A stretch of 64,000 nucleotides of DNA, taken from assembly GCA_038230375.1 (NCBI GenBank), contig JBBRNJ010000009.1, forward strand, positions 87,941 through 151,940. Reading direction: 5' to 3'. The notes under the pieces are model-generated. The model was not told the DNA's origin. It did no database searches and was given only the letters and a program-made list of their open reading frames with translations. This DNA comes from Polyangiales bacterium. GTDB lineage: Bacteria; Myxococcota_A; Polyangia; Polyangiales; Polyangiaceae. Below are positions 40,098 through 50,356 of this stretch, piece by piece (within the stretch, counting starts at the first letter, position 1; each line of letters opens with the position of its first letter). The position numbers and the translations under genes were made by a program.

Positions 40098-40700
40098 TCA
40101 GGGACGTTTCTGGCTGTCGTAGTCGTCGGCCGCGCGCTTCACCATCTCGAGATCACGTGAGGCGCGGTTCGCCTCGGCGAGCAGCTCGGCGGTGAAGATG
40201 GTGAGGCCCCAGATGCCGTTCTCGCGCTTGCGGAACGGGTAGCGCGTGCCCCTGACGGTGACGACGCTGGCGCGCTCGCCGTCGGCCTCCACGCTGGCAA
40301 TCCCCGACAGGTCCCTTCGGAGCCGACGTGAGAAGCCTCGCTCCTGCGACATGAGCGCGAAGAGATCGCTGCCATCAGGCGCCTCCGCGTGCGCGCGATA
40401 CGCGGAGAGCAGCGACGCACGTTCTGGCTCCGGATAGCTCTTCTGCGCGCGCTCGTAGGCCGCCTTGCGCATGTCGCGAATCGTATAGGACGCCCACTGC
40501 GCGTCCGTTTCCAGGTACGGGAACATGTTGCGCTCGTTGCCATCCGTGACGCTCTTCGCGATGCGCATGTATGCGCCCTCGGGTGTGCGGTCCGACGGAA
40601 ACGGCCGATAGAGCGCTCTCCCGATCGCGGAGACCACCACGGCGCCGCCGACGAGCCCGAGGACGAGGCGGCGACGGCCGACACGTCGCGTCTCGCTCAT
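40098..40700 (-). CDS. Hypothetical membrane-anchored protein
   Basis: N-terminal TM; DRTPEGAY; coupled to the kinase gene. Confidence 0.6.
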   Translation of the reverse strand: MSETRRVGRRRLVLGLVGGAVVVSAIGRALYRPFPSDRTPEGAYMRIAKSVTDGNERNMFPYLETDAQWASYTIRDMRKAAYERAQKSYPEPERASLLSAYRAHAEAPDGSDLFALMSQERGFSRRLRRDLSGIASVEADGERASVVTVRGTRYPFRKRENGIWGLTIFTAELLAEANRASRDLEMVKRAADDYDSQKRP

Positions 40701-42073
40701 GCCGAGACTTCCTCGTGCGGGACCGGCAGTTCCAGGACGAAGCGCGCGCCTCCTTCGTTCTCGGTGTCCACGAAGATGCGACCGCCGTGGCTCTTCGCGA
40801 TCTCCTGGACGATCGCGAGCCCAAGGCCTGCGCCAGGGCCATCCTGATCGTGGTCCTTGGCGCTGCGATAAAACGGCTCGAAGATACGGTCGCGGTCATC
40901 TGGCGGAACGCCCGGGCCCTCGTCCTGTACCCAGAGCTTCACGAGCGAACCGGACAGGTCGAGACCAACGGTGACGTTGCTACCTGCGGGTGAATGGCGA
41001 ATGGCGTTGTCGAGAAGATTGCGAACTACGCGACCGAGGTCGCGCGCGCGTCCGTCAACGGTGACGTCCTCGCATGTCACGCTGATGTTCACCTTGTGTT
41101 CCGATGCAGCGAGCGTGACCTCGGAGGCGGCCTGCTCGACCACCTTGCGAAGCTGCACCGGCGAGTGCAGCGGCTCCGTCTCGGCGCCCACCCGCGCAAG
41201 CGCCAGCAGATCCTCCGCGAGCGTCTTCAGACGCCGCGCCGAGTCCAGTGCCTCGCCGATCGCCTGTCGGTACTCTTCCTTCGTACGCTCCTTGCGCGTG
41301 GCGAGCTGCAGCTCTCCGTAGAGCGCGGTGATGGGCGAGCGGAGCTCGTGTGCCGCGTAGGCCACGAACCGTTGCTGTGAGGACACGAGCAGACCAAGGC
41401 GCACGATCATCTCGTTGACGTCGCTCGCCAGCTGGACGATGTCCTCGTCATCCGAGCCGATCTTGACGCGCGCACCAAGATCGCCTGCTGCGACGGTGCG
41501 CGCGGCGTCCGCGATGAAATCGTGCTGGCGCGTCAGCTGGCGCACGATCACGAACGTCACAGCGGCGGCGGCGGCGATGCCTGCGATCAGCGCCATTGCC
41601 ATCGTGCGTCCGAGGAACGCGGAGTCCGCCTCGAGCTGCACGCGGGGAAGAGCGAAGAGAAGGCGCTGCCCCGGGTGCGACGGGATGCGAATGAAGATCG
41701 CGCGGAGCGGTGTTCCCTCGCAGTCCAGGTTGAACGCCGCGCGAAAATCGTGAGCGAGCGGGTCGGGCAGCGGGCACGCATAGAACGACTTCGTCTTGAG
41801 GACGACGTTGCCGTTGTCCGAAAAAATGGCTGCAAACCTCCGTAGCGGCTTCTCGTCGTCGCCGGCCGGTCCGGGCTCTTCGGACAGCTGCCACTGCTCG
41901 GACGGAATGACGGAGAGCTCACGCGCCTCGCCGCGGGCCGTCTCGAGGACCGCCTCCTCCAGCTCACGCTGCTCGGAGCGATGGACGATGATCGAGACGG
42001 CGGCGAAGGCGGTGCCGAAGGTGAGGACGGTCGTCGCCGTCAGGGCGAGCGTCAGCCGGTTGCGAAACTTCAC
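40697..42073 (-). CDS. Sensor histidine kinase with HAMP domain (CusS/CzcS-like)
   Basis: AAHELRSP, NLLDNAIRH, DEGPG, FEPFYR, GAGLGL. Confidence 0.92.
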   Translation of the reverse strand: MKFRNRLTLALTATTVLTFGTAFAAVSIIVHRSEQRELEEAVLETARGEARELSVIPSEQWQLSEEPGPAGDDEKPLRRFAAIFSDNGNVVLKTKSFYACPLPDPLAHDFRAAFNLDCEGTPLRAIFIRIPSHPGQRLLFALPRVQLEADSAFLGRTMAMALIAGIAAAAAVTFVIVRQLTRQHDFIADAARTVAAGDLGARVKIGSDDEDIVQLASDVNEMIVRLGLLVSSQQRFVAYAAHELRSPITALYGELQLATRKERTKEEYRQAIGEALDSARRLKTLAEDLLALARVGAETEPLHSPVQLRKVVEQAASEVTLAASEHKVNISVTCEDVTVDGRARDLGRVVRNLLDNAIRHSPAGSNVTVGLDLSGSLVKLWVQDEGPGVPPDDRDRIFEPFYRSAKDHDQDGPGAGLGLAIVQEIAKSHGGRIFVDTENEGGARFVLELPVPHEEVSA

Positions 42074-42742
42074 TCAACCTTCTTCGCGCGAACGCAGCCG
42101 GTAGCCAGACCCGCGGACGGTCTCGATCATCCAGGCGTGGTCGCCGAGCTTCTCGCGAAGGCGGCTCACGTGGACCTCGATCAGGTTGGAGCCCGGATCG
42201 AAATTGGTCTCCCAGACCCTGGACAGAAGTTCCGTGCGCGTGACGATCTTGTCGGAGTGATGGACCAGGTGGACCAGCAACGCATACTCGCGGCTCGTGA
42301 GCGACAGCGGCTGCCCTTTGACCAGCGCGCGGTGACCGACACGATCGATCTCGATGTCGCCGCAGCGAAGGCGCCCGAACCCCGACGTGCGCCGGATCAG
42401 CGCGCGAACGCGGGCGACGAACTCCTCGACCTCGAACGGCTTCACCATGTAGTCGTCCGCGCCGGCATCGAGTCCGAGCACGCGCTCACGCGTCTCACCG
42501 CGGGCCGTCAGCATCAGCACCGGGGCCGCGCAGCCCGTGCGGCGAAGCTCCCGACAGACCGCAAGACCGTCGGTCTCGGGCAACATCCAGTCGAGGACGA
42601 TGAGGTCGTAGACCCCGCTCTCCGCCTGCTGGATGGCCTCGGTGCCATTGCCGGCACTGTCGACCACGTAACCTTCCTCCGTGAGAACACGAGAGAGGAA
42701 GCGGGCGAGCTTCTTGTCATCTTCGACGACCAGGATCTTCAA
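42074..42742 (-). CDS. OmpR-family response regulator (CusR/CzcR-like)
   Basis: ILVVEDD, LDWMLP, GADDYMVKPF, SNLIEVHVSRLR, ETVRGSGY. Confidence 0.93.
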   Translation of the reverse strand: MKILVVEDDKKLARFLSRVLTEEGYVVDSAGNGTEAIQQAESGVYDLIVLDWMLPETDGLAVCRELRRTGCAAPVLMLTARGETRERVLGLDAGADDYMVKPFEVEEFVARVRALIRRTSGFGRLRCGDIEIDRVGHRALVKGQPLSLTSREYALLVHLVHHSDKIVTRTELLSRVWETNFDPGSNLIEVHVSRLREKLGDHAWMIETVRGSGYRLRSREEG

Positions 42743-42979
42743 GGCTGCTCCTTCACGTCGGGCTCGTTCGCATGTTCAAGCAGCACCTCGGCGCACACGT
42801 CATTATCCAGCGGAGCGTGGAAACGATCTCCATGAGAAAGGTAGCTCGCTGCACCCCTGGGCAGGTGCAAAACTTTGGGCCTTGTTGCCTTACCGCCTGT
42901 TAATCGGAACCGCGGGACCGGTGAACCAGGACGGATGTCGCCCCTCGATCACCGACGGGCCGGCCATAACCCACAATTA

Positions 42980-44167
42980 ATGCTCGATTCACGCGCCTCG
43001 TCGGTTGCGGGCTTAAGGGTGTCCATCGTGCGTTCCTCTTCCAAAAAGCTAGCCGCCATCGCCATCGTCGGGCTCGCCCTCCTCTCGTGCAAGCCAAAGG
43101 CAGCCTCCACAATCTCTCATGATGCCCCGCCAGGCGAAGTTTGGATCACGCAGAGCCAAGCTGCGGGCATGAAGATGAAGGTCGAGACGGTCGAAGAGAA
43201 ATCGGTCGACGACACCATCGTCTCGTCGGGGCGCATCGCCTTCGACGACACTCGCGTCGCGCACATCTTCTCGCCAGTGACAGGCAGGGTCACCACCATC
43301 CAGGGACAGCTCGGCGGGCGCGTGAAGAAGGGCGACTCGCTCGTCAACGTCGAGTCCCCCGAGGTCGGTGTTGCCTCCAGCGATCTTGGCAAGGCGCAGG
43401 CAGACGTCATCGCCGCCGAGCACGACCTTGCGCGCCAGAAGGAGCTCCTCGACGCAAACGCCACCTCCAAGCACGACTACGAAGCGGCGGAGGACCAGTT
43501 CCGCAAGGCAAAGGCGGAGCTCGATCGCGCGCGCCAGAAGGTGTCGCTCCTGCACGGCGGATTCGACAGCGTGTCGCAGACGTACACCGTGCGTGCGCCC
43601 ATCGACGGTGAGATCGTGGCGCGCAACGTCGCGCCGGGCGGCGAGATCCAGGGCCAGTACGGCGGCGGCTCCGCCGTTGAGCTCTTCACGGTGGGTGAGC
43701 TCGACAAGGTCTGGATCGTCGCGGACGTGTACGAGATGGACCTGGGTCGCATCAAGAAGGACTCACGTGTGCACGTGAAGGTCATCTCGCAGCCGGGTCG
43801 CGTGTTCGTGGGGAAGGTCGACTGGCTCTCACGCGTCCTCGACCCCCAGACCCGCACCGCGCGCGTCCGTTGCACGTTCGAGAACCCGGATCGCGCGCTC
43901 CTTCCCGAGATGTACGCCACCGTGGAGATCACCGTCGACGAGCACAAGGCCCTCGCCGTTCCACACAGCGCCATCGTACGCCTTGGTGAGCAGACGGTCG
44001 TCTTCGTGGAGAAGGGCACCGCGCCAGATGGGCGCGTACGCTACCTGCGCACGCCGATCAGCGCGGATGAGCAGGAGGGTGCCCAGCTGGTGCCAGTGGC
44101 CCACGGCCTGGAAAAGGGCATGCGGGTCGTCACGGAGGGGGGGGTCCTCCTCTCCGGAAATCTGTAG
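42980..44167 (+). CDS. RND efflux periplasmic adaptor (CzcB/CusB-like)
   Basis: Lipobox LLSC; SPVTGRV, alpha hairpin, APIDGEI, LDPQTRT, LLPEM. Confidence 0.9.
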   Translation: MLDSRASSVAGLRVSIVRSSSKKLAAIAIVGLALLSCKPKAASTISHDAPPGEVWITQSQAAGMKMKVETVEEKSVDDTIVSSGRIAFDDTRVAHIFSPVTGRVTTIQGQLGGRVKKGDSLVNVESPEVGVASSDLGKAQADVIAAEHDLARQKELLDANATSKHDYEAAEDQFRKAKAELDRARQKVSLLHGGFDSVSQTYTVRAPIDGEIVARNVAPGGEIQGQYGGGSAVELFTVGELDKVWIVADVYEMDLGRIKKDSRVHVKVISQPGRVFVGKVDWLSRVLDPQTRTARVRCTFENPDRALLPEMYATVEITVDEHKALAVPHSAIVRLGEQTVVFVEKGTAPDGRVRYLRTPISADEQEGAQLVPVAHGLEKGMRVVTEGGVLLSGNL

Positions 44168-44175
44168 GACACACC

Positions 44176-47100
44176 ATGATTCAGCGCCTCGTCGCGCTCG
44201 CCCTCAAGATGCCCGTTGTCATCTTCGGGCTCGCGCTGGTCATCATCGCCGCCGGTCTCTACTCCTACAAGGAGCTCGACATCGAGGCGTATCCGAACCC
44301 GTGCCCGCCGCTGGTCGAGATCATTGCCCAGCCCGACGGAATGAGCGCGGAGGACGTGGAACGCTACGTCACGGTCCCGCTCGAGATCGGCCTTGCCGGC
44401 ATGCCCGGTCTCGATCACATCCGCAGCCAGTCCCTCTTCGGCCTGACGGACGTGAAGTGTTACTTCAAGTGGGGCGTCGACTACGGCGCGGCCCGCCAGG
44501 AGGTGCTGAACCGCCTCCAGATGATCCAGCTCCCGGACGGCGTCAGCGCGCAGCTCTCGCCGTGGAACGCCATCGGCGAGGTCTTCCGCTACGAGCTCCG
44601 CGGCGACGGCTATTCCTTGCGCGACCTGAAGAGCGCAGAGGACTGGATCCTGGAGCGTCAGTTCAAACAGGTCCCAGGCGTCATTGACGTCGTCAGCTTC
44701 GGCGGAGAGACGAAGCAGTACCAGGTGGGCGTGGATCCGTTCCGCCTCCGCGGTCACGGCGTGACACTCCCGCAGCTGATGACGGCCATCCAGAACGGCA
44801 ACACCAACGTCGGTGGTCAGCGCCTCTCGATCGGCGAGCAGGCCTACACCATTCGCGGCGTGGGCTTGATCCGCAACGTCCACGACATCGACGACATCGT
44901 CATCACGCAGCACAACGGCATACCGATCCGTATCCGGGACGTCGCCACGACCGAGCTCGGGCACTCGCCGCGCCTCGGCATCGTCGGCCGCGACAGCGAT
45001 CCGGACGTGGTCCAGGGCGTCGTGCTCATGCGCTACGGCGGTGAGACACCGACCACGCTGACTGGCATCCACGATCGACTCGACTACATCGAGAAGAACC
45101 ACGTGCTGCCGCCCGGGATGAAGATCGTCCCGTACTACGACCGCGGCAACCTGGTGAAGCTCACCACGCACACCGTGCTCGAGAACCTCGTCGTCGGGAT
45201 GGTGCTCGTCACCGTCATCCTGTGGATCTTCCTGGGCCACACGCGCGCGGCGCTCGTCACGGCCATCAACATCCCGATGGCGCTGCTCATCGCCTTCTCG
45301 GGCATGGTCTCCACGCACACGCCGGCGAACCTCATCTCGCTCGGCGCCGTCGACTTCGGCATCGTCGTGGACTCCACGGTCATCATGATGGAGTCCATCT
45401 TCCGGCACCTGGGCGCGCACGGACGCGGCACCATGCGCGAGCGCATCATCGCAGGCGCCGAAGAGGTGAGCTCACCCATGCTCTTCTCCACGCTCATCAT
45501 CACGGTGGCCTTCGTGCCGCTGTTCACGATGAAGGGCGTCGCCGGTGTGATCTTCTCGCCCATGGCGTCCACGTATGCGTTCGCGATCGGCGGCGCGATC
45601 ATCATGGCGCTCACGTTGACGCCAGCGCTCGCACACGCTGTCATCCCGGCCAACGCCGAGGAAAAAGACAACTTCGTGATGCGCGCGATCCACAGGCTGG
45701 ACACGCCGCTGTTCAACTTCGCAGTTCGCAACCCGTGGAAGGTCACGCTCGCGTGCGCGGCACCGGTGGTTGTGGGGCTCAGCCTGTTCACGCAGCTGGG
45801 CGGCGAGTTCATGCCCAAGCTCGAAGAGGGCAACTTCTGGATCCGCGTCACGTTCCCCACGAGCATCTCGCTCGAGCAGTCCTCCACGTACGTGGGCAAG
45901 ATGCGCGCGATCCTGCGTGGATGCCCGAAAGAGGACGGCGCTGTCTGCGACGACAAGACGCGCAAGCACCCCGAGGTCGAGACCGTCGTCTCGCAGCTTG
46001 GTCGCCCCGACGACGGCACCGACGTCGCCGGCTTCCAGAACATCGAGCTCTTCGCGCCGCTCCGCCCGTTCGACGAGTGGGAGAAGGGGCTCACGAAGGA
46101 GAAGCTCACCGAGGAGCTCTCGGAGGAGATGCGGCGCGAGTTCCCGGGCGCCACGTTCAACTTCTCGCAGGTCATCAGCGACAACGTCGAAGAGGCCACC
46201 TCTGGCGTGAAGGGCGAGAACTCGATCAAGGTCTACGGTCCCGACGTCCACGAGAACGAGAAGTACGCCGGGCAGATCATGGACGTGCTCCAGAAGGTGC
46301 GCGGCATCGCGGACCTTGGCATCTTCCCGTCGATGGGTCAGCCCAGCGTGAAGATCACGCCAGACCGCCGCGCATGCTCGCGCTACGGCCTGAACACCGG
46401 CGACGTGGAGACGGTCATCCAGGCCGCGATCGGCGGCAAGGGCGTCACCCAGGTGCTCGAGGGCGACCGCCGCTACGACCTCGTGGTCCGCTGGCTACCG
46501 CAGTATCGCCAGTCGATCGAGGCGATCCGCGAGATCACGGTCTCCACGGAGAACGGGAACGTTCCGCTCGGACAGATCGCCGACATCCGCCTCGAGGACT
46601 CACCCTCCGTGGTCTTCCGCGAGGACGGCCTCCGCTACACGCCGGTGAAGTTCTCGGTCCGTGGTCGCGACCTGGAGAGCACGGTCAAGGAGGCAGCGAT
46701 CAAGGTCGACGAGCAGGTCAAGCTCCCCTACGACATGCACCTTGACTGGAGCGGCGAGCTCAACGAGCTCAAGGAAGCGCAGCAGCGCCTCGCCATCATC
46801 ATCCCAGTGACGCTGCTCGGCATCCTGGTGCTCGTCTACATCTCGATCAAGAACTTCGCCGACACCGCGATCGTCATCTCCAACATTCCGATCGCGGTCG
46901 CTGGCGGCATCATCTCGCTGTACGTGTGCGGCATCCACTTCTCGGTCTCTGCGGCGATGGGGTTCATCTCCATCTTCGGCATAGCCATCCAGGACGCCAT
47001 CCTGGTCGTGACGTACTACCAACGTCTACGAGAGCGCGAAGGTATGAGCGTCGAGGAGGCTGCGCTCGAGGCCACCAAGAAGCGTGTTCGCCCCGTCCTC

Positions 47101-47337
47101 ATGACCACGCTCGTGGCGCTCTTCGGACTCCTCCCTGCGGCCATGTCGAACGGCATCGGCTCGCAGACGCAGAAGCCGCTCGCGCTCGTCGTCATCGGCG
47201 GCGCGTTCGTCCTCGCCTTCATCGCGCGCTACATCCGCCTCGCGGTGCTCATCATCGTCCACCGTGCGCTGGACAAGTCGCCGCCGACCAACCCGTCGAT
47301 GATGCCGCCGGAGCTCACCTCCGACTTCGAAGCCTAG
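44176..47337 (+). CDS. CusA/CzcA-family heavy-metal efflux RND transporter
   Basis: LDIEAYP, SLGAVDFGIVVDS, FMPKLEEG, RPVLMT, GSQTQKPLA. Confidence 0.93.
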   Translation: MIQRLVALALKMPVVIFGLALVIIAAGLYSYKELDIEAYPNPCPPLVEIIAQPDGMSAEDVERYVTVPLEIGLAGMPGLDHIRSQSLFGLTDVKCYFKWGVDYGAARQEVLNRLQMIQLPDGVSAQLSPWNAIGEVFRYELRGDGYSLRDLKSAEDWILERQFKQVPGVIDVVSFGGETKQYQVGVDPFRLRGHGVTLPQLMTAIQNGNTNVGGQRLSIGEQAYTIRGVGLIRNVHDIDDIVITQHNGIPIRIRDVATTELGHSPRLGIVGRDSDPDVVQGVVLMRYGGETPTTLTGIHDRLDYIEKNHVLPPGMKIVPYYDRGNLVKLTTHTVLENLVVGMVLVTVILWIFLGHTRAALVTAINIPMALLIAFSGMVSTHTPANLISLGAVDFGIVVDSTVIMMESIFRHLGAHGRGTMRERIIAGAEEVSSPMLFSTLIITVAFVPLFTMKGVAGVIFSPMASTYAFAIGGAIIMALTLTPALAHAVIPANAEEKDNFVMRAIHRLDTPLFNFAVRNPWKVTLACAAPVVVGLSLFTQLGGEFMPKLEEGNFWIRVTFPTSISLEQSSTYVGKMRAILRGCPKEDGAVCDDKTRKHPEVETVVSQLGRPDDGTDVAGFQNIELFAPLRPFDEWEKGLTKEKLTEELSEEMRREFPGATFNFSQVISDNVEEATSGVKGENSIKVYGPDVHENEKYAGQIMDVLQKVRGIADLGIFPSMGQPSVKITPDRRACSRYGLNTGDVETVIQAAIGGKGVTQVLEGDRRYDLVVRWLPQYRQSIEAIREITVSTENGNVPLGQIADIRLEDSPSVVFREDGLRYTPVKFSVRGRDLESTVKEAAIKVDEQVKLPYDMHLDWSGELNELKEAQQRLAIIIPVTLLGILVLVYISIKNFADTAIVISNIPIAVAGGIISLYVCGIHFSVSAAMGFISIFGIAIQDAILVVTYYQRLREREGMSVEEAALEATKKRVRPVLMTTLVALFGLLPAAMSNGIGSQTQKPLALVVIGGAFVLAFIARYIRLAVLIIVHRALDKSPPTNPSMMPPELTSDFEA

Positions 47338-47355
47338 AACCACCCGAGCTTCGAG

Positions 47356-48762
47356 TCAGCTGGCCTCGGACGCTTCCCCGCTACCTGAGACGGGCGGCGG
47401 AGGCTCGGATACGGACGTCGCTGCCGCGAGCGAGCCCGATGTCTCGATCGAGTGCGACGTCGCGGCCTGCTCCGTTGCCGGCAGCATCACGATGAACTTG
47501 GTTCCCTTGCCGACCGCGCTCTGCACGGTGGCTTCACCAGCCATGGCCTCGGCCAGGTGCTTCACGATGGAGAGCCCGAGGCCCGTGCCACCGAGCTCCC
47601 GTGAGCGACCCGTGTCGACGCGGTAGAAGCGCTCGAAGAGCCGCGGGATGTGCTTCTCCTCGATGCCGAGCCCCGTGTCCTCCACCATCATCGCGCACGT
47701 GTCGCCCTCGCTCTTGGCGCGCAGCGTGACGGTCGCGCCCTCAGGGCAATACTTCACGGCGTTGTCGACCAGGTTGACGAAGATCTGCTCCAGCGCGCGC
47801 CGGTCCGCCCATGTGCTCACGCTCGGATCGATATCCGTGGTGAGCGACAGGCGCTTCAGCTCGGCGCGCTCCTTGAACATGGCGAGCACGGTGTTCGCGA
47901 ACGGACGCATGGTGACGTCCTCGCATGTCAGGTTGTACTTCTGCGACTCGATGCGCGAGAGGTCCAGGAGGTCCTCGATGAGCCGCTCGAGCCGCCCCGC
48001 ATTGCGCTCGATGATGCCTATGAACTTCGCGGACGCGATGGGGTTGTTCGCGGCGGAGCCACGCAGCGTCTCGGCGGCTGAAAGGACGGATGTGACCGGC
48101 GTGCGCAGCTCGTGCGAGACGTTGGCCACGAAATCACGGCGAAGCGTCTCCAGGCGCCGCACGTCCGTGACGTCCACGAACACCGCCAGGAGCGCGCCGT
48201 CGCGCGCCGTCACGCGCACGAACAGGCGACGCGGGGAGAGCTCGCCGACCATGACCTCCTGGGACGCCAGCGCGTCCTGGCGCGCGCGCTCGAACAACGA
48301 ACGAAGCTCCTTCTGCGACACGACCTCGCTCGCGAGCTTGCCGGTGACGTCGTGACCAATGAGCAGCATCCGCCGCAGCGCCGGATTCACGCGAAGAATG
48401 ATCCCCGAGGAGTCGACGAGCAGCACACCTTCCTGCATGCCGTCCAGGATGCGCGTGAGCACGTCGCGCTCACCGCGAAGCACCGTCATCGTGCGCGTGA
48501 GCTCTCCCTTGAAGGACGTGCGCTCACGCTCCATCCACGTGCCACCGACGAAGGCGACAACACCGGACGCGAGCAGCGCGAGCAAGCCAGCCGCGAACGG
48601 CACGTGCGAGTGGAAGCGCTCCACCGCATAGGAAGGGAGGAGCGGGTCCGTGTCGCGAGACAAGTAGCCGACGGCGACCAGGATCACGAAGAACGTGACC
48701 GTGATCGACACGAAGAACAGCTTCATTCGAAGTCCGAGCCGCGGCTCCATGCCGCGTGTCAT
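47356..48762 (-). CDS. phoR: Phosphate-regulon sensor kinase PhoR-like
   Basis: PAS region, RRDFVANVSHELRTP, RLFERFYRVD.GRSRELGGTGLGLSIVKH; downstream of a phoB-like gene. Confidence 0.8.
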   Translation of the reverse strand: MTRGMEPRLGLRMKLFFVSITVTFFVILVAVGYLSRDTDPLLPSYAVERFHSHVPFAAGLLALLASGVVAFVGGTWMERERTSFKGELTRTMTVLRGERDVLTRILDGMQEGVLLVDSSGIILRVNPALRRMLLIGHDVTGKLASEVVSQKELRSLFERARQDALASQEVMVGELSPRRLFVRVTARDGALLAVFVDVTDVRRLETLRRDFVANVSHELRTPVTSVLSAAETLRGSAANNPIASAKFIGIIERNAGRLERLIEDLLDLSRIESQKYNLTCEDVTMRPFANTVLAMFKERAELKRLSLTTDIDPSVSTWADRRALEQIFVNLVDNAVKYCPEGATVTLRAKSEGDTCAMMVEDTGLGIEEKHIPRLFERFYRVDTGRSRELGGTGLGLSIVKHLAEAMAGEATVQSAVGKGTKFIVMLPATEQAATSHSIETSGSLAAATSVSEPPPPVSGSGEASEAS

Positions 48763-48775
48763 AGCAGGATGTCGG

Positions 48776-49462
48776 TCAGGGAGAGTCCGCGAAGCGATAC
48801 CCCACGCCGCGCACGGTCTCGATGTATTCGCCCGCCGTGCCGAGCTTCTCGCGAAGGCGCTTCACGTGGGTGTCGACAGTTCGCGTGGTGATGTCGGCCT
48901 CGATGCCCCAGACGTCGGTCAGCAATGCGCTGCGGGTCTGGACCCGGTTCTTGCGCTCGAACAGCGTGACGAGCAGCTTGAACTCGAGCGCTGTGAGCTC
49001 GACCTCGTCGCCGTCGGACCAGACGCGATGCGCCTGACGGTCCACCTTGAGCGTGCCGAACTCGATGCTGCGCGTGGGCTCGACCTCGGGGGCGCCACCG
49101 CGACGGACGATCGCCTGGATGCGAAGGAGCAGCTCACGAACGCTGAACGGCTTGGTGACGTAGTCGTCCGCGCCCAGCTCGAAGCCCACGACGCGATCGA
49201 TCTCCTCGCCCTTGGCGGTGAGCATCATCACGCGCACGTTCGCGAGAGCGGGATCGCTCTTGATGGCCTTGCAGACGTCGGTGCCCGGAATGTCCGGCAG
49301 CATCAGGTCCAGGAGGACCAGGTCTGGCTTGGTGTCCTTCGCGATGCGAATGCCGTCCAGGCCCTTCGAGGTCAGGGTCACCTTGTGGCCCTTCTCCGTC
49401 AGGTTGTAGTCGAGCACCTCCAGGATGTCCGGGTCGTCCTCGATCACGAGTACTTTTGCCAT
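48776..49462 (-). CDS. phoB: Phosphate-regulon response regulator PhoB-like
   Basis: LTAKGEEIDRVVGFELGADDYVTKPFS, TRTVDTHVKRLREKL, IETVRGVGY. Confidence 0.8.
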   Translation of the reverse strand: MAKVLVIEDDPDILEVLDYNLTEKGHKVTLTSKGLDGIRIAKDTKPDLVLLDLMLPDIPGTDVCKAIKSDPALANVRVMMLTAKGEEIDRVVGFELGADDYVTKPFSVRELLLRIQAIVRRGGAPEVEPTRSIEFGTLKVDRQAHRVWSDGDEVELTALEFKLLVTLFERKNRVQTRSALLTDVWGIEADITTRTVDTHVKRLREKLGTAGEYIETVRGVGYRFADSP

Positions 49463-49483
49463 GAATGCCCGGTACTCTACGAT

Positions 49484-49522
49484 TGTGACGACGGTGTGTC
49501 ATGCGGGCAAACGGGCCTTGAC
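49484..49522 (-). promoter_or_regulatory. Pho-box-like half-sites upstream of phoB
   Basis: Minus strand GTCAAG, GACACA, GTCACA at 22- and 11-bp intervals. Confidence 0.4.
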
Positions 49523-49592
49523 GCATGTTCCCCATTTCGCGCTGGGTAGGCTTTCGCGACCACGACCCGCGGGCTTATAAGGCACGGCGCAG

Positions 49593-50327
49593 ATGCTACG
49601 GGAAGCACAGTGCGTGGTCGTCGTGCCGGCCCGCAACGAGGAAGCGAGGCTCGGAAGGGTGCTCGACACCATGCCCGGCTTCGTCGATCACGTCATCGTC
49701 GTGGACGACGCGAGCAAGGACGCAACGCGTGAGCTCGTCACCGATCGGCAGACGCGCGGAAGCCCGATGCGCATCACGCTGGTCGAGCACGCACACCCGA
49801 GCGGCGTGGGCGGTGCGATCGTGGACGGCTATCGCGCAGCGCTGCGCGAAGGCGGCACACCGCACGACGCATTCTGCGTGATGGCGGGCGACGGCCAGAT
49901 GTCGCCGGACGATCTCGAGGCAGTGGCTACCCCCGTCGTCACGGGCCGGGCGGACTACGTGAAAGGCAATCGGTTCACCTCGGAAGACATCCGCGAGGTG
50001 ATGCCGAAGGCGCGATACTGGGGAGGCCGCGTGTTCTCGCTCGCGACCTCGCTCGCTGTTGGACGCCCCATCCACGACAGCCAGTGCGGCTTCACCGCGC
50101 TCTCGAGAAGAGCCTGCGAGCAGCTCGACCTCGATGGGCTCTGGCGTGGCTACGGCTACCCGAACGATCTCATCGGGCAGGTGGTGTTACGTAACCTCCG
50201 GATCGAAGAGACACCGGTTGTGCCAGTCTACGCCGGCGAGAACAGCGGATTGCGGCCGTATCATGCGGTGGTTGTCGCGGCCTTGATCTTGCGTGCGTAC
50301 GATCGACGCCGCACACGTCCTCGTTGA
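49593..50327 (+). CDS. GT2 glycosyltransferase (DPM1-like)
   Basis: VVVPARNEE, VVDDASKD, GDGQM, KGNRF, DSQCGF. Confidence 0.9.
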   Translation: MLREAQCVVVVPARNEEARLGRVLDTMPGFVDHVIVVDDASKDATRELVTDRQTRGSPMRITLVEHAHPSGVGGAIVDGYRAALREGGTPHDAFCVMAGDGQMSPDDLEAVATPVVTGRADYVKGNRFTSEDIREVMPKARYWGGRVFSLATSLAVGRPIHDSQCGFTALSRRACEQLDLDGLWRGYGYPNDLIGQVVLRNLRIEETPVVPVYAGENSGLRPYHAVVVAALILRAYDRRRTRPR

Positions 50328-50356
50328 GACCGTGCGTTTGCGCGTCCCTTGCCCAC

